61,701 nucleotides of DNA. Origin: a virus. Its lineage: Duplodnaviria; Caudoviricetes. The stretch lies in the IMG/VR virus record IMGVR_UViG_3300043171_000134, positions 1 to 61,701 of that record. One strand, written 5' to 3'. Positions within the stretch are counted from its first letter, which is position 1, and the number at the start of each line of letters is the position of its first letter. Position numbers and translations under genes: made by a program. This document shows positions 37,401 to 45,900 of this stretch, piece after piece. The notes beneath the pieces were generated by a model. The model saw only the letters and a program-made list of their open reading frames with translations. It was not told where the DNA came from and made no database searches.

Positions 37401-37772
37401 GGCACTGCCTACTACGCTGTCACGATTCACGGACACGTTACTTGTGCAGCTGCCGGCATCGACATGAAATACGCGCTGGATGGCGCAACAGGCAGGATAA
37501 TTCAAGCGTTATTCACGTATGCACCAGAAACATCGACTATTGGTGGCGTGGCGATATTTGGTGAGTCCACCGATCAAGGCAATGGCGGCACGATGGATTT
37601 GGATGGGGTGTTTCAATATTCCTTCACTTATACGGGATATGTTTACTTCTCCACTGGTGGCGCTGGCGCTCGCACTATCGAATTCACATGGGCGCAGAAT
37701 ATTTCCAATGCTACGGCCGTGGTACTTAAAGAAGGTTCTTGGATGACAGTTCAAAAAGTTGGGGATTTCTAA
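34470..37772 (+). CDS. Tail fibre / receptor-binding protein with LamG-like domain and internal duplicated modules
   Basis: T.TNTG.ASLNIDG anchor; DFGTGDWTLE, NTWFHWAITR, GWIDDVRLT.G.ARY LamG pattern; repeated DINTATPP and ERVLT.SD motifs. Confidence 0.85.
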   Translation: MTVTNPYYEFDPNFTPFTKARAGDNNIQFQSLQNAFDLLPGDSDALTTDTAIFAPESGSGNSYIVTMPDTRTSNQDGDGVRFFATHTNTGSASLNIDGIGALALVNWTGTVLGGGEIVSGRLYEIRYDATNVQYVISASTEGAIQVGYAEEWAIKAEDVPVSTAAGGNGTTDFSAFHWAQKALATAVSGRVLTDINTATPPTTEGVTGAHEIWDADQTDILQRLGFEGSNTLVLKNFMHGGGFLVAIEDDTGTEQTLIETADLGGGDTFWTEVEASADMEGSDGATSYTEVSLNLAVATFEGGAELDTAQFQSGTSSLFLDRSLDSFISFPDIPAFDFGTGDWTLEGYARLASLPAVGSSNDPGYCMVSIWDDGLVEQIRLEIIRDVFGTRLSLSGDGWGELGTISGGVALNTWFHWAITRTGGTINAYWNGNQETSDFGAAATDMGGSAAPLRIGQSDGIGRTDFFDGWIDDVRLTIGTARYTGTGSITPDSTPFPTSGPSTGFKVGNSTIQTIIRGSGGDAAQTITAALGGLEVNNTLTGVGMERVLTDSDISSGGAAVVAQYRFDNATAEADPGNGDFRMDNATPASVTELFISSTTDNNNDFDNMLGFLSAGDQIYIQQDDDATKFILFDVTANVDNTGWYSVAGTVNASGTIFGNNAKCHILLLFGGTGGGGSGSLTAPVIALADINTATPPAAEAVTGAYEIWDADETDLLGRLGYFASNDLVLSNRMHGGEVRLTGEGTGGTLRTFFVGDPNSVTDISAVTSLRLLVNAGAANAIQAIGSGAVQTYYNDIKRFATAAGGVAVLYADGNTDAEVRQIHFSHQDGTVRGRIGHEASDILTIRNEDHLGEINIVQEDGTGADVIAFSYDASSGQVELNAANVVRLGFTNGEQAFRAQVNSFADVAHNNTVVLRTTTSALGGVTVSNLLTGGGLERVLTESDLPGLQVAVKKADTSRDTTTTLADDPDLAITVDGTAYYAVTIHGHVTCAAAGIDMKYALDGATGRIIQALFTYAPETSTIGGVAIFGESTDQGNGGTMDLDGVFQYSFTYTGYVYFSTGGAGARTIEFTWAQNISNATAVVLKEGSWMTVQKVGDF

Positions 37773-37793
37773 CATGAAGCAGGAGAATCCATA

Positions 37794-39542
37794 ATGCCAC
37801 GATACGGCGGCATGGGCGGGATGGGCGGCATGGGCGGCATGGGCGGTGACACCGGTTCAACGGTTATACCCGATCTGAATGGGGAAACCGAACCGGTTGA
37901 TCCGATTCCGCCAGTCGAGCCGCCACCGACAGACACAGGAGATGTACCAGTGCCAGATCCAGTAGGTATAGACGATCCAAATGATCCGACAATTCCTTTT
38001 GACGAAGGCGGCGGCGGCGGTGGCGGCGGTGGTGGAGGAATGGGCGGCGGCACTGTAGCGGACGACACGACAGTGCAGGATTTGTATCCGGAAGATCCCG
38101 GCGTTGTCGCCGCGGATCCGATTGACGTTCCCGATCCAACCGGTGCAGACACCGCTCTGGTCGATCCTGATGTGGGTGCTGTCGAGGGTACTGTCGAGGC
38201 CGATACCAGTACGGGGCGGATCGAGGAAACACTCGATGTTGGCGGGGGCGGCATTGATGCCGAGCAAACTGAACTCACGGACGAGCAGAGAGCTGATATG
38301 GAGCTTGCCAGGATACTCGAGCAAGACAGTCCGCTCATGCAACGCGCCCGTCAGGAAGCAATGCGGACAGCGAATGCGCGCGGCCTGCAGAACACCTCGA
38401 TGGCAGTCGGCGCGGCGCAAGGTGCGCTGGTAGATCGCGCACTGCCAATGGCCTTACAGAATGCGCAGCAGGCGTTACAACGTGACTTGGACAACACGTT
38501 AATGCGGCAGGATGCGTCCAAGTTCACGGCCGAGCAGCAAAATCAGTTGATGGAGATCGAAGCGACACTCGGACAAGATCTGAACATCTTCAATACCGAT
38601 CAGCTGAATCAGGCCATACGATTAACAGCAGAATTGCAAACTGCAATCGAGCAGGGAAATCAGCAAGCGATAAATGAAGTCAATATGCAGCTGGCACAGT
38701 TGCAGCGGGATGCGGAAGCACAGCAGGCCGATATTGATTACCAGCAAAATCAGGCTGTGGCAGATGCCCGGAATGCGCTCAACGCGCAGATCATGGATAA
38801 CATCACGCAGATCAATAAGCAGTTCCTTGTGAACATGGGTGCGGCTGATATTGCGAACATCAACGGAACGTACAACGTGCTGATTCAGACGAATGCAACG
38901 GCCGGTCAGATATACGAAGGGGCTTTGAATGCGATGGCAGCGGTCATGGACGATCCGGATATGACGCCTGCTCAGGTCTCCACGGCATTGGAACACATAC
39001 AGACGCAGTTGGAAGCGTCAATGCGAATGATCGCTGAAATAAATGATTTCGATTGGGATTTTTCCGTAAGCGACACTAGCACTGGCGGCGATGGCACTGG
39101 TGCTATGTGTTTCGAAGCCGGAACGTGCTTCCGCATGGCTGACGGTTCACTCAAGAAGGTCGAAGAAATCAAACTTCGCGATGAAATGGCAGTCGGCGGT
39201 ACGGTTAATGCGCTTATGGTTGGCGATGGTCTGTCAGAAGAATGGTTCGATGTAGATGGCGTTCATGTGACCGGTTCGCATGTAATGAAGAAGGACAATG
39301 AGGAATGGATGTTCATTAAGGATGCCGGATATCCGCGAATCGAAACGATTGACACTCTGTACTCCGTGATAAATGAAGGTCACAGGCTGATTGGTGAGAA
39401 CGGGCAAATCTTCCTAGATTTTGGTGACGAGGCTTACGACGCCTTTGGCGGCACTGAATGGGATGAGTGGTTGATCGACTCTTTGAACGGCAAGACAGAC
39501 ATAACATTTGTCGAGTGGGAAAAGGACCGGGTAGCAGCATGA
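37794..39542 (+). CDS. Putative ejection/pilot protein with C-terminal Hint domain
   Basis: Gln/Ala helical core; CFEAGT...ADG..K.VEEI (Cys439), VTGSH; N-terminal GGM repeats. Confidence 0.8.
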   Translation: MPRYGGMGGMGGMGGMGGDTGSTVIPDLNGETEPVDPIPPVEPPPTDTGDVPVPDPVGIDDPNDPTIPFDEGGGGGGGGGGGMGGGTVADDTTVQDLYPEDPGVVAADPIDVPDPTGADTALVDPDVGAVEGTVEADTSTGRIEETLDVGGGGIDAEQTELTDEQRADMELARILEQDSPLMQRARQEAMRTANARGLQNTSMAVGAAQGALVDRALPMALQNAQQALQRDLDNTLMRQDASKFTAEQQNQLMEIEATLGQDLNIFNTDQLNQAIRLTAELQTAIEQGNQQAINEVNMQLAQLQRDAEAQQADIDYQQNQAVADARNALNAQIMDNITQINKQFLVNMGAADIANINGTYNVLIQTNATAGQIYEGALNAMAAVMDDPDMTPAQVSTALEHIQTQLEASMRMIAEINDFDWDFSVSDTSTGGDGTGAMCFEAGTCFRMADGSLKKVEEIKLRDEMAVGGTVNALMVGDGLSEEWFDVDGVHVTGSHVMKKDNEEWMFIKDAGYPRIETIDTLYSVINEGHRLIGENGQIFLDFGDEAYDAFGGTEWDEWLIDSLNGKTDITFVEWEKDRVAA

Positions 39543-39973
39543 TCAGACCAGCAATATTGGCTGATGTTGACGCGATCTTCGATCTCGCGATAGCTTTATC
39601 TTCGCAATATCCGCAGCTAAAGCCTGATCTCGTAAAGATCCGCAAAGGCATCATTCAGGCGATAAGTTCGGCAAAACACTTCGCCTGGATAAGTGAAAGT
39701 CCTCACGAAGGCTTGAAGGGTGTGCTGATCGGTTTGACCAGTGAAAACCTGTGGGCGCAACGCAAGAATTGCTTTGTGCCTTTGTGGTATTCGGAACGAC
39801 GCGGCGACGGAGCGAAGTTGTTGCGAGCTTTCAAAATATGGGTGCAATCCCGACGAGCGATTCAAGTTGCCGGGTTTGTTGCTGATTCTAAATACGTTGA
39901 TTCGCGAGCGTGGTTGCTCGCCGAGCGTATTGGCTTTAAGAGATGCGTCGGTGCATATCTTTTGTATAACTAA
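39539..39973 (+). CDS. GNAT-fold protein (internal virion acetyltransferase-like)
   Basis: MIRPA...DV..I, G..LL..F..W, ERIGF. Confidence 0.7.
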   Translation: MIRPAILADVDAIFDLAIALSSQYPQLKPDLVKIRKGIIQAISSAKHFAWISESPHEGLKGVLIGLTSENLWAQRKNCFVPLWYSERRGDGAKLLRAFKIWVQSRRAIQVAGFVADSKYVDSRAWLLAERIGFKRCVGAYLLYN

Positions 39974-39985
39974 GTAGGTGGTGAA

Positions 39986-41011
39986 ATGGGATTTTTTAGC
40001 AGTATTTGGTCAGGAATAACGAGTGTCTTCACCGGCATTATGACGATCTTTTCGCCGATATTAAAACCGCTCGGCAAGATCCTCAATACAGGTTGGGGCA
40101 AGGCGTTAATGCTTGCAATGTCGGTGTTTACTTTGGGTACTTCCTTGATGGCTGGTGCTTCTGCTTGGGGCGTAGCGGCAGGCGAAGGCGCTAGTTTTAT
40201 GGGCAAATTCGTTGCAGGCGGCAAAGCGTTTCTTTCATCAGCACTCGGAATTAAGCCTAAAGGTGGTGAACAGTTAGCAGCGGGTACGGGAGTTGAAGCG
40301 GGAGTGCAAGCTGGATCAGGTGGCGCAGCGGCGCAGCTGCAGGCAGGAGGGGCGGTTAATCCGGGTGATCTGCTTGCTGCTAATGTTCCGGGCGGCGGCG
40401 AAGTTGCTCGCGGCTCGATGGCGATGGGTCCGGGTCCGACTGGCGACATAATGCGACAGGCTACGACAGCTGGCGGTCCGGGCGCAGGATCGGGCGCAAT
40501 TCCCGGCATGACTCCGGGCGCACCGGGTACACCTCTACCGGGTACTACACCTCCACCCACTCCGAGCGTGCTTCCGGGCGGGATTGATCCGGCAGGAACA
40601 TCTACCAAAGCAATGACGGGAATGGCGGCAAAACCGACAGCAGCCGCACCGCAGGGTTTTGGCACTCCGATAAAAGAAGGCGGTAATTGGTTATCGAAGG
40701 CCGCGAACAAAGCATGGGAATGGGCCAATACAGATCTCGGAACAGAAATAATTGGAGGCGCGATGCAAGGTTACTATCAAGGCAAACGCGACGATGCGTA
40801 TTACGCCGAACAACGACGCATTGATGATATGTGGCGCAACCCGAACGATCCGGGGATGATCGGTATCGAGTCAAGCCGACAGCGCACAGAGCGATACAGT
40901 CCTCCGCGAGGTCTAGCGGGTGCGCCTGCCATATACGCGAATCGCCTTTCTCAAGGGGCCATTGAAAATTACGCACCGTCAGTGCCGTTCATCGGCGGGG
41001 GAGGACAATAA
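39986..41011 (+). CDS. Putative ejection protein with membrane-active N-terminus
   Basis: MGFFSSIW amphipathic/hydrophobic start; Gly/Ala/Pro-rich. Confidence 0.65.
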   Translation: MGFFSSIWSGITSVFTGIMTIFSPILKPLGKILNTGWGKALMLAMSVFTLGTSLMAGASAWGVAAGEGASFMGKFVAGGKAFLSSALGIKPKGGEQLAAGTGVEAGVQAGSGGAAAQLQAGGAVNPGDLLAANVPGGGEVARGSMAMGPGPTGDIMRQATTAGGPGAGSGAIPGMTPGAPGTPLPGTTPPPTPSVLPGGIDPAGTSTKAMTGMAAKPTAAAPQGFGTPIKEGGNWLSKAANKAWEWANTDLGTEIIGGAMQGYYQGKRDDAYYAEQRRIDDMWRNPNDPGMIGIESSRQRTERYSPPRGLAGAPAIYANRLSQGAIENYAPSVPFIGGGGQ

Positions 41012-41778
41012 TGCCCGCACTAAGTCAAGCAGCAGCACAACAGGGTGGCGCACCGGCTCCGGTAGCTCCGCAACTGGCACAAGCAGCAGCACAGGCCGGC
41101 GCACCAGCTCCGGGCGCGGGCGCGGGACCGCCACCAGGAGCGGGCGCGGGACCGCCCGGAGCAGCACCAGTAGCACCGCCCGGAGCAGGCGCAACACCAC
41201 CGCCACGACAGATAGCGCCGGAACAGGGTGGTCAACAAGCCGCAGGCACAATGCCAGGTGGACGTCGCGGCAGACCTACCGGAGGTGTGCAACAGGTTGA
41301 TCCGAATGCTCCTGCTATCGAAGGCCACATGCCACCCGGTATGAACGAAGTAGAAGCGACACCGGGACAGCAGGCCGAGTACGAACGTGCGATGAAAGCA
41401 TTGGCGCAAGTGCTATATCAGAACGACAAGATGGCATCTGCAATGGTCGATCAGATCGTTCCTGACGATAAGATCGGTTCGACCACGAAGGCCAGCCTTA
41501 TGCTGATTCAGCAGATGGATGAAAAACTGCAGATGGATGAAAGTGTCGTTGCTCAGTTCTCAGTAGAAGTGGTCGAGCGGCTAACGGAGCTGGCCGAAGC
41601 TCGTCACAACATGCAGTACGGTGATCGGGAATTACAGGTGATCATGGGGGCTGTCTGGGAAGGTGTGCAGGCGATGTTCGGTATGGAGCAACAAGAAGCC
41701 GAAGCTCTTATTGCCGGCATAGGCGGCGAAGGTATTGCCGATCTGAAACAACAACATGAGGCTTTCTACAATGGGTAG
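41011..41778 (+). CDS. Hypothetical virion protein
   Basis: Pro/Gly/Ala-rich N-terminus, helical C-terminus. Confidence 0.7.
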   Translation: MPALSQAAAQQGGAPAPVAPQLAQAAAQAGAPAPGAGAGPPPGAGAGPPGAAPVAPPGAGATPPPRQIAPEQGGQQAAGTMPGGRRGRPTGGVQQVDPNAPAIEGHMPPGMNEVEATPGQQAEYERAMKALAQVLYQNDKMASAMVDQIVPDDKIGSTTKASLMLIQQMDEKLQMDESVVAQFSVEVVERLTELAEARHNMQYGDRELQVIMGAVWEGVQAMFGMEQQEAEALIAGIGGEGIADLKQQHEAFYNG

Positions 41779-42931
41779 TCTAGCTTTAGCAGGCGCAATC
41801 GGTGGTGCTGGCGAAGGAATGCAAAGACACGCCGCAGGCGAGCGCGAAACCCGTTTGCAGGACGACGAGCAAGCTCATCAACTGCAGCTGCAGCTGCAAC
41901 GTGACAAAGCTGCGGAGACACGGGCGACAAGTCGTGAGGAATTCGATGTTGGCATGGCTACAACTCGAAGTGAGTACGAAACTGGTCAATCTGAAATTGC
42001 ATCCAGAGAAGCAATCGAAGCTGCGAAGCTCCGATATACGCAGGATGAGTCTTTGCAAACGGCTGAATTGGCTTCTTTGGAACATCGAAACTGGCTGGAT
42101 AACGAAACCGAAATTGACAAGGCTCTCATTGTCGCAGGCGCGAAAGGCGGCGGTTTTGGTGCTGGCGCAGGCCAATATAGCGCACATGGTTGGGACGTTA
42201 CGTTTGGCGAAGCGACGATGGGTCCAGACGGTGTATTACAACCCGGCCCGGTATGGGCTTATCGAGGAAACGACCCGAATGTGTGGATGATGGACGGCAA
42301 TATGATGATCCGGGCCGGTACGAAGCCAGAAGATATCAAGCCGATTGCAGATCCGGAAAAACGTCGTTTTGTGGAAGACACTTTCATTAAAGAAGGTCTT
42401 GGCGACACGAATCAGGAAGATGATTTCATTTTTACTTACGGATATTTGCCGGTTCGCTACATGACGGAAATGACGCTCGACGCCAATGAAGATCTGGCGA
42501 CTTGGGTAATGGATCGCAGAGGCAGTTATCCCTACTACTCAGAAGCAGTGCAAAAACGTCTTGGCGTTAAATCGGATCCGTGGGCGCGACCCGGAGCCGG
42601 AGGTGGTGGCGCGGGCATTTCGTACACTCGACCCGGATCGCGAGGGGATCGAGCAGAGCGCAAAGTCACTGTGCCAGGTGAAAAGCTGGAAGAAATAGAA
42701 GTGCCAGATATCGCCAGAAGACCTGTGAGTCCACCCGAAATGCGAATGACTAAAGAGGCCGGCATAGTGCGTCAAGGTGCGCAAGCGGTAGGTGAGCTTG
42801 GTGCAGCGGGCCTTGATCTGGCAACAGAAGGTGCGCAAGCAGTTGGTGGAGCGATATCCAGAGGCTCGCGAGCGGTTTCGGATTTGTTCGCGCCGGCACA
42901 ATATGAGGAAGTTCCCCCCGAACTACAATAA
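41771..42931 (+). CDS. Putative ejection protein
   Basis: LALAGAIGGAG.G N-terminus followed by coiled coil. Confidence 0.65.
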   Translation: MGSLALAGAIGGAGEGMQRHAAGERETRLQDDEQAHQLQLQLQRDKAAETRATSREEFDVGMATTRSEYETGQSEIASREAIEAAKLRYTQDESLQTAELASLEHRNWLDNETEIDKALIVAGAKGGGFGAGAGQYSAHGWDVTFGEATMGPDGVLQPGPVWAYRGNDPNVWMMDGNMMIRAGTKPEDIKPIADPEKRRFVEDTFIKEGLGDTNQEDDFIFTYGYLPVRYMTEMTLDANEDLATWVMDRRGSYPYYSEAVQKRLGVKSDPWARPGAGGGGAGISYTRPGSRGDRAERKVTVPGEKLEEIEVPDIARRPVSPPEMRMTKEAGIVRQGAQAVGELGAAGLDLATEGAQAVGGAISRGSRAVSDLFAPAQYEEVPPELQ

Positions 42932-45900
42932 TGGCTTCCCGATATGAACAACTTGAGAAGGAATATGACGACCGTTATGCGGCAGGCGAATTCGATGTTC
43001 CTGACGATGAGCTTCGGCCGGGCGAACGTCGCAACGTCTTCACTCAATATCCGGGTACACAGCGAGAATTTCTAACTTCGATTCTGGAAGAAGAAGATCC
43101 GTTGTGGAGCGACTACGGAAAGATGGTCGCGTCCGGTGGTATTCAGATCGGCGCGGGAGTTGGCTGGCTATTCAATAACTTCGAGTGGGGCGAATCGCTA
43201 CAGGCAGGCGCTATGGATCTGTCTCAGTCATTCATGGACGATCTGTCGCCGCAAGCCAAACGGGCAATGTCCACGGAGTTCACTTCCCGCGACGAAGGCC
43301 AGCTCTGGACAAACAATAAGTGGAGCAAGGCCAAGCTGATCGCCGCTCAATCGCTGCTCGGCACAGCGGCCGGCATGGGTGTCGGATCTATACTCACGCG
43401 CGGGCTGGCGGCAGCAGGCATGACGAAGGCCGTGCAAACAGCAGCCGGAACAACGGTTCAGGTTCCGACCAGAACAGCCGGTGCGATCGGATACGGCCTC
43501 GGTGAGTCTGGGGTAGCCGCGCCGGGATCCGCAGCAGGCGTCGAAGAAGAAATCATGGCAATGAGCCATGTAGATCTGATGGGAAACGCCGATTTCCGGG
43601 CTGTTTACCTGGCACTCGAAAATGCCGATCCGGCCGAACGCGCCAGAAGGGCCAAAGAGATCTTGGCGAAAGCAGCCGCCGGCGACACTTTCTATCGGAA
43701 CATGGTTTCGACATTCATTCTCTCAGCACCATTAGGCGCAATCGTCGGCGGGTACGCTCGTAAATATCCGTTATTGGGCGGCACAACCAGATTCAAATCT
43801 ATCGGTATTGGAGCTGGTGGCGAAGCCACTCAGGAATTCCTGCAGTCTGGTGCTGAGAAAAGGGGTGAGAACATCGCCATGCAGCGAGCCGGCTTTGATA
43901 GGCCGACTTACGAAGGCGTACTCGAAGAAGCGGTAGGCGGCGCGATGGCTGGCGGCATGATGGGTGGGGCGGCAGGGATAGTCACGCCGCTCGATGCGAC
44001 AGGCCAAGTATTACCGGATGCAGAATCGCCGTTAGCTGCAATCGCGCTGGCAGAGCAGGACGAACTCGATGCGGCCGTCGATGCCGAACTGGCCGAACTG
44101 GAACGGATCGAACGAGAAGAAGAAGACCAAGCGCTTCGAGATTACATGGACGAAGAAGCAGATTTCATGCGCGCCAAAGACATGACCATCATGGAAGAAG
44201 AACGTGGGCAGGCGCTCGAAGCGCAACGGCAATCTCAGATAGATGAAGAATTCCGCAGGCGGAGTGCGCGGGAAGCTGCGGATCGCGGTTCGTTGCCAGG
44301 CGAACCGGAAACCATTGCGCAGCAACAGCAACGAGAATACGAAGACGAGCTTCGGGAAATTTGGGATATCGACGCCGAAGAAGAACGTATGCAGCGATTG
44401 GAAGCACTGCAGCAAGAATTCGATAAAGGCCGATTACCACATTTGAGGGGTTTATCACTTGCCGAGCGATTGACGCCGAAGGGTCAGCGGCAGGAAGAAA
44501 CAGAGCTATTCCTGTCAGGCACACAGCTGGCTGAAGGTGAGATCGTCGCCGGCTTGCCGGTCCCGACTGCGGGTCGTGCAACTACGACGCTTGGCATAGC
44601 TATGGAGGAAGCGCGAGAAAAACAAAAGACGCGCGCGGCCGAAGATCTACTGAAACCCATACCGACAGTTGCGGATCGCAAAAAGAGCAAGATGGGCGAA
44701 CCGGTTATGCCAGATGAACTGGTCGAGCCACCGAAGCCTGATATCCCGCCGACCACCAAAGCATTCAATCCGCGGCGAGACAACATCATCGTCGCTGCGG
44801 CGAAGGGCCGCGGGCTGGATAAGGACGCGTGGGCGGCAGAAGGCGTCGATCCGGCTGAATTTGCGGAGCCAGAAAACGCCTACGGCAGCAGACGAGCATT
44901 CCGCAGGGGCGGCATGACGCCTGATGAGGCTACTGAGTGGGCCGCAGAGCTTGGATTCGTCGCAGTTGATGAGCATGGCAAGGGGGAGCCTCACGCGGCC
45001 CTTGACGCCATCATGGAGACTTTAGGCGGCAATCCGGTGTACACGGCCGAGGGCGCACAGTTCGGAGCCGAGCAGGACCGATATCAAGCTGCCCTGGACG
45101 AACTCGCGCAAAAAACTCAGCGACAGGAAGGCATTGCTGGTGAGTGGGATATCGAAGTCGATGGGGTTGAAGCTCACATCACCGAGGACACCATCGGCAA
45201 TGTCACGGTGACATACGGGGATAACGAAACAATCACGGAGCGCATGGAGGGCGAATCTAATCGAGATCTCGTCCGGGCCATACTGCAGAGTGAAGCGGCA
45301 GGCGATGGTGTTATCCGAGAAAAACCTGTCGAAGGCGCACCACAAACCGAAGAAGAACAGATCGCATTTGAACGGGCAGAAGGCAAGAGAATTGTCGATG
45401 AAATGATTCCCGGCGACACCGGCATGGTCGAAACGACTGAAGAAAAGGTCAACGATCTCGAAGACGCTTTCTTTGCCGATGGCTGGAAATTCGATGCGGC
45501 CGAACAGACCTATCGAAAAGACAACCGTGTCGCGGTATTGACGGAGATCGAGGAAGGTCGCTGGCAAATAGTCTGGGAGACTGAGGGCGCTCCGGAAATG
45601 GAACCGGAAGCCGCCGATATGTTCGACGTTCCGGAGCTGGACGATGTTGCTGACGATCTGGGCGATCAAATCAGCAGACTGACGCCTGAATCAAATTCGA
45701 CGGACCGCAACATAGCAGTCGCGGATCTTGGGCGGCTTAAAAGAGCAAAGCATCCTCGCGCTGACGATCTGGCACAACGACTCAAGGACGCACTTGAACC
45801 ACAAGCCCAATTCCCATTGTCGGCCGAAGAAATACAGGAACTCGATCTCGATCAAATAGCCAGCGACACATCTGCCGCAGCAACTATCCCAGAGGGCAGG

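Noticed and set aside
39108-39542. Canonical splicing intein or homing element
   Set aside because: No terminal His-Asn followed by Cys/Ser/Thr, no endonuclease domain and no C-extein; treated as a cleavage/transfer Hint domain
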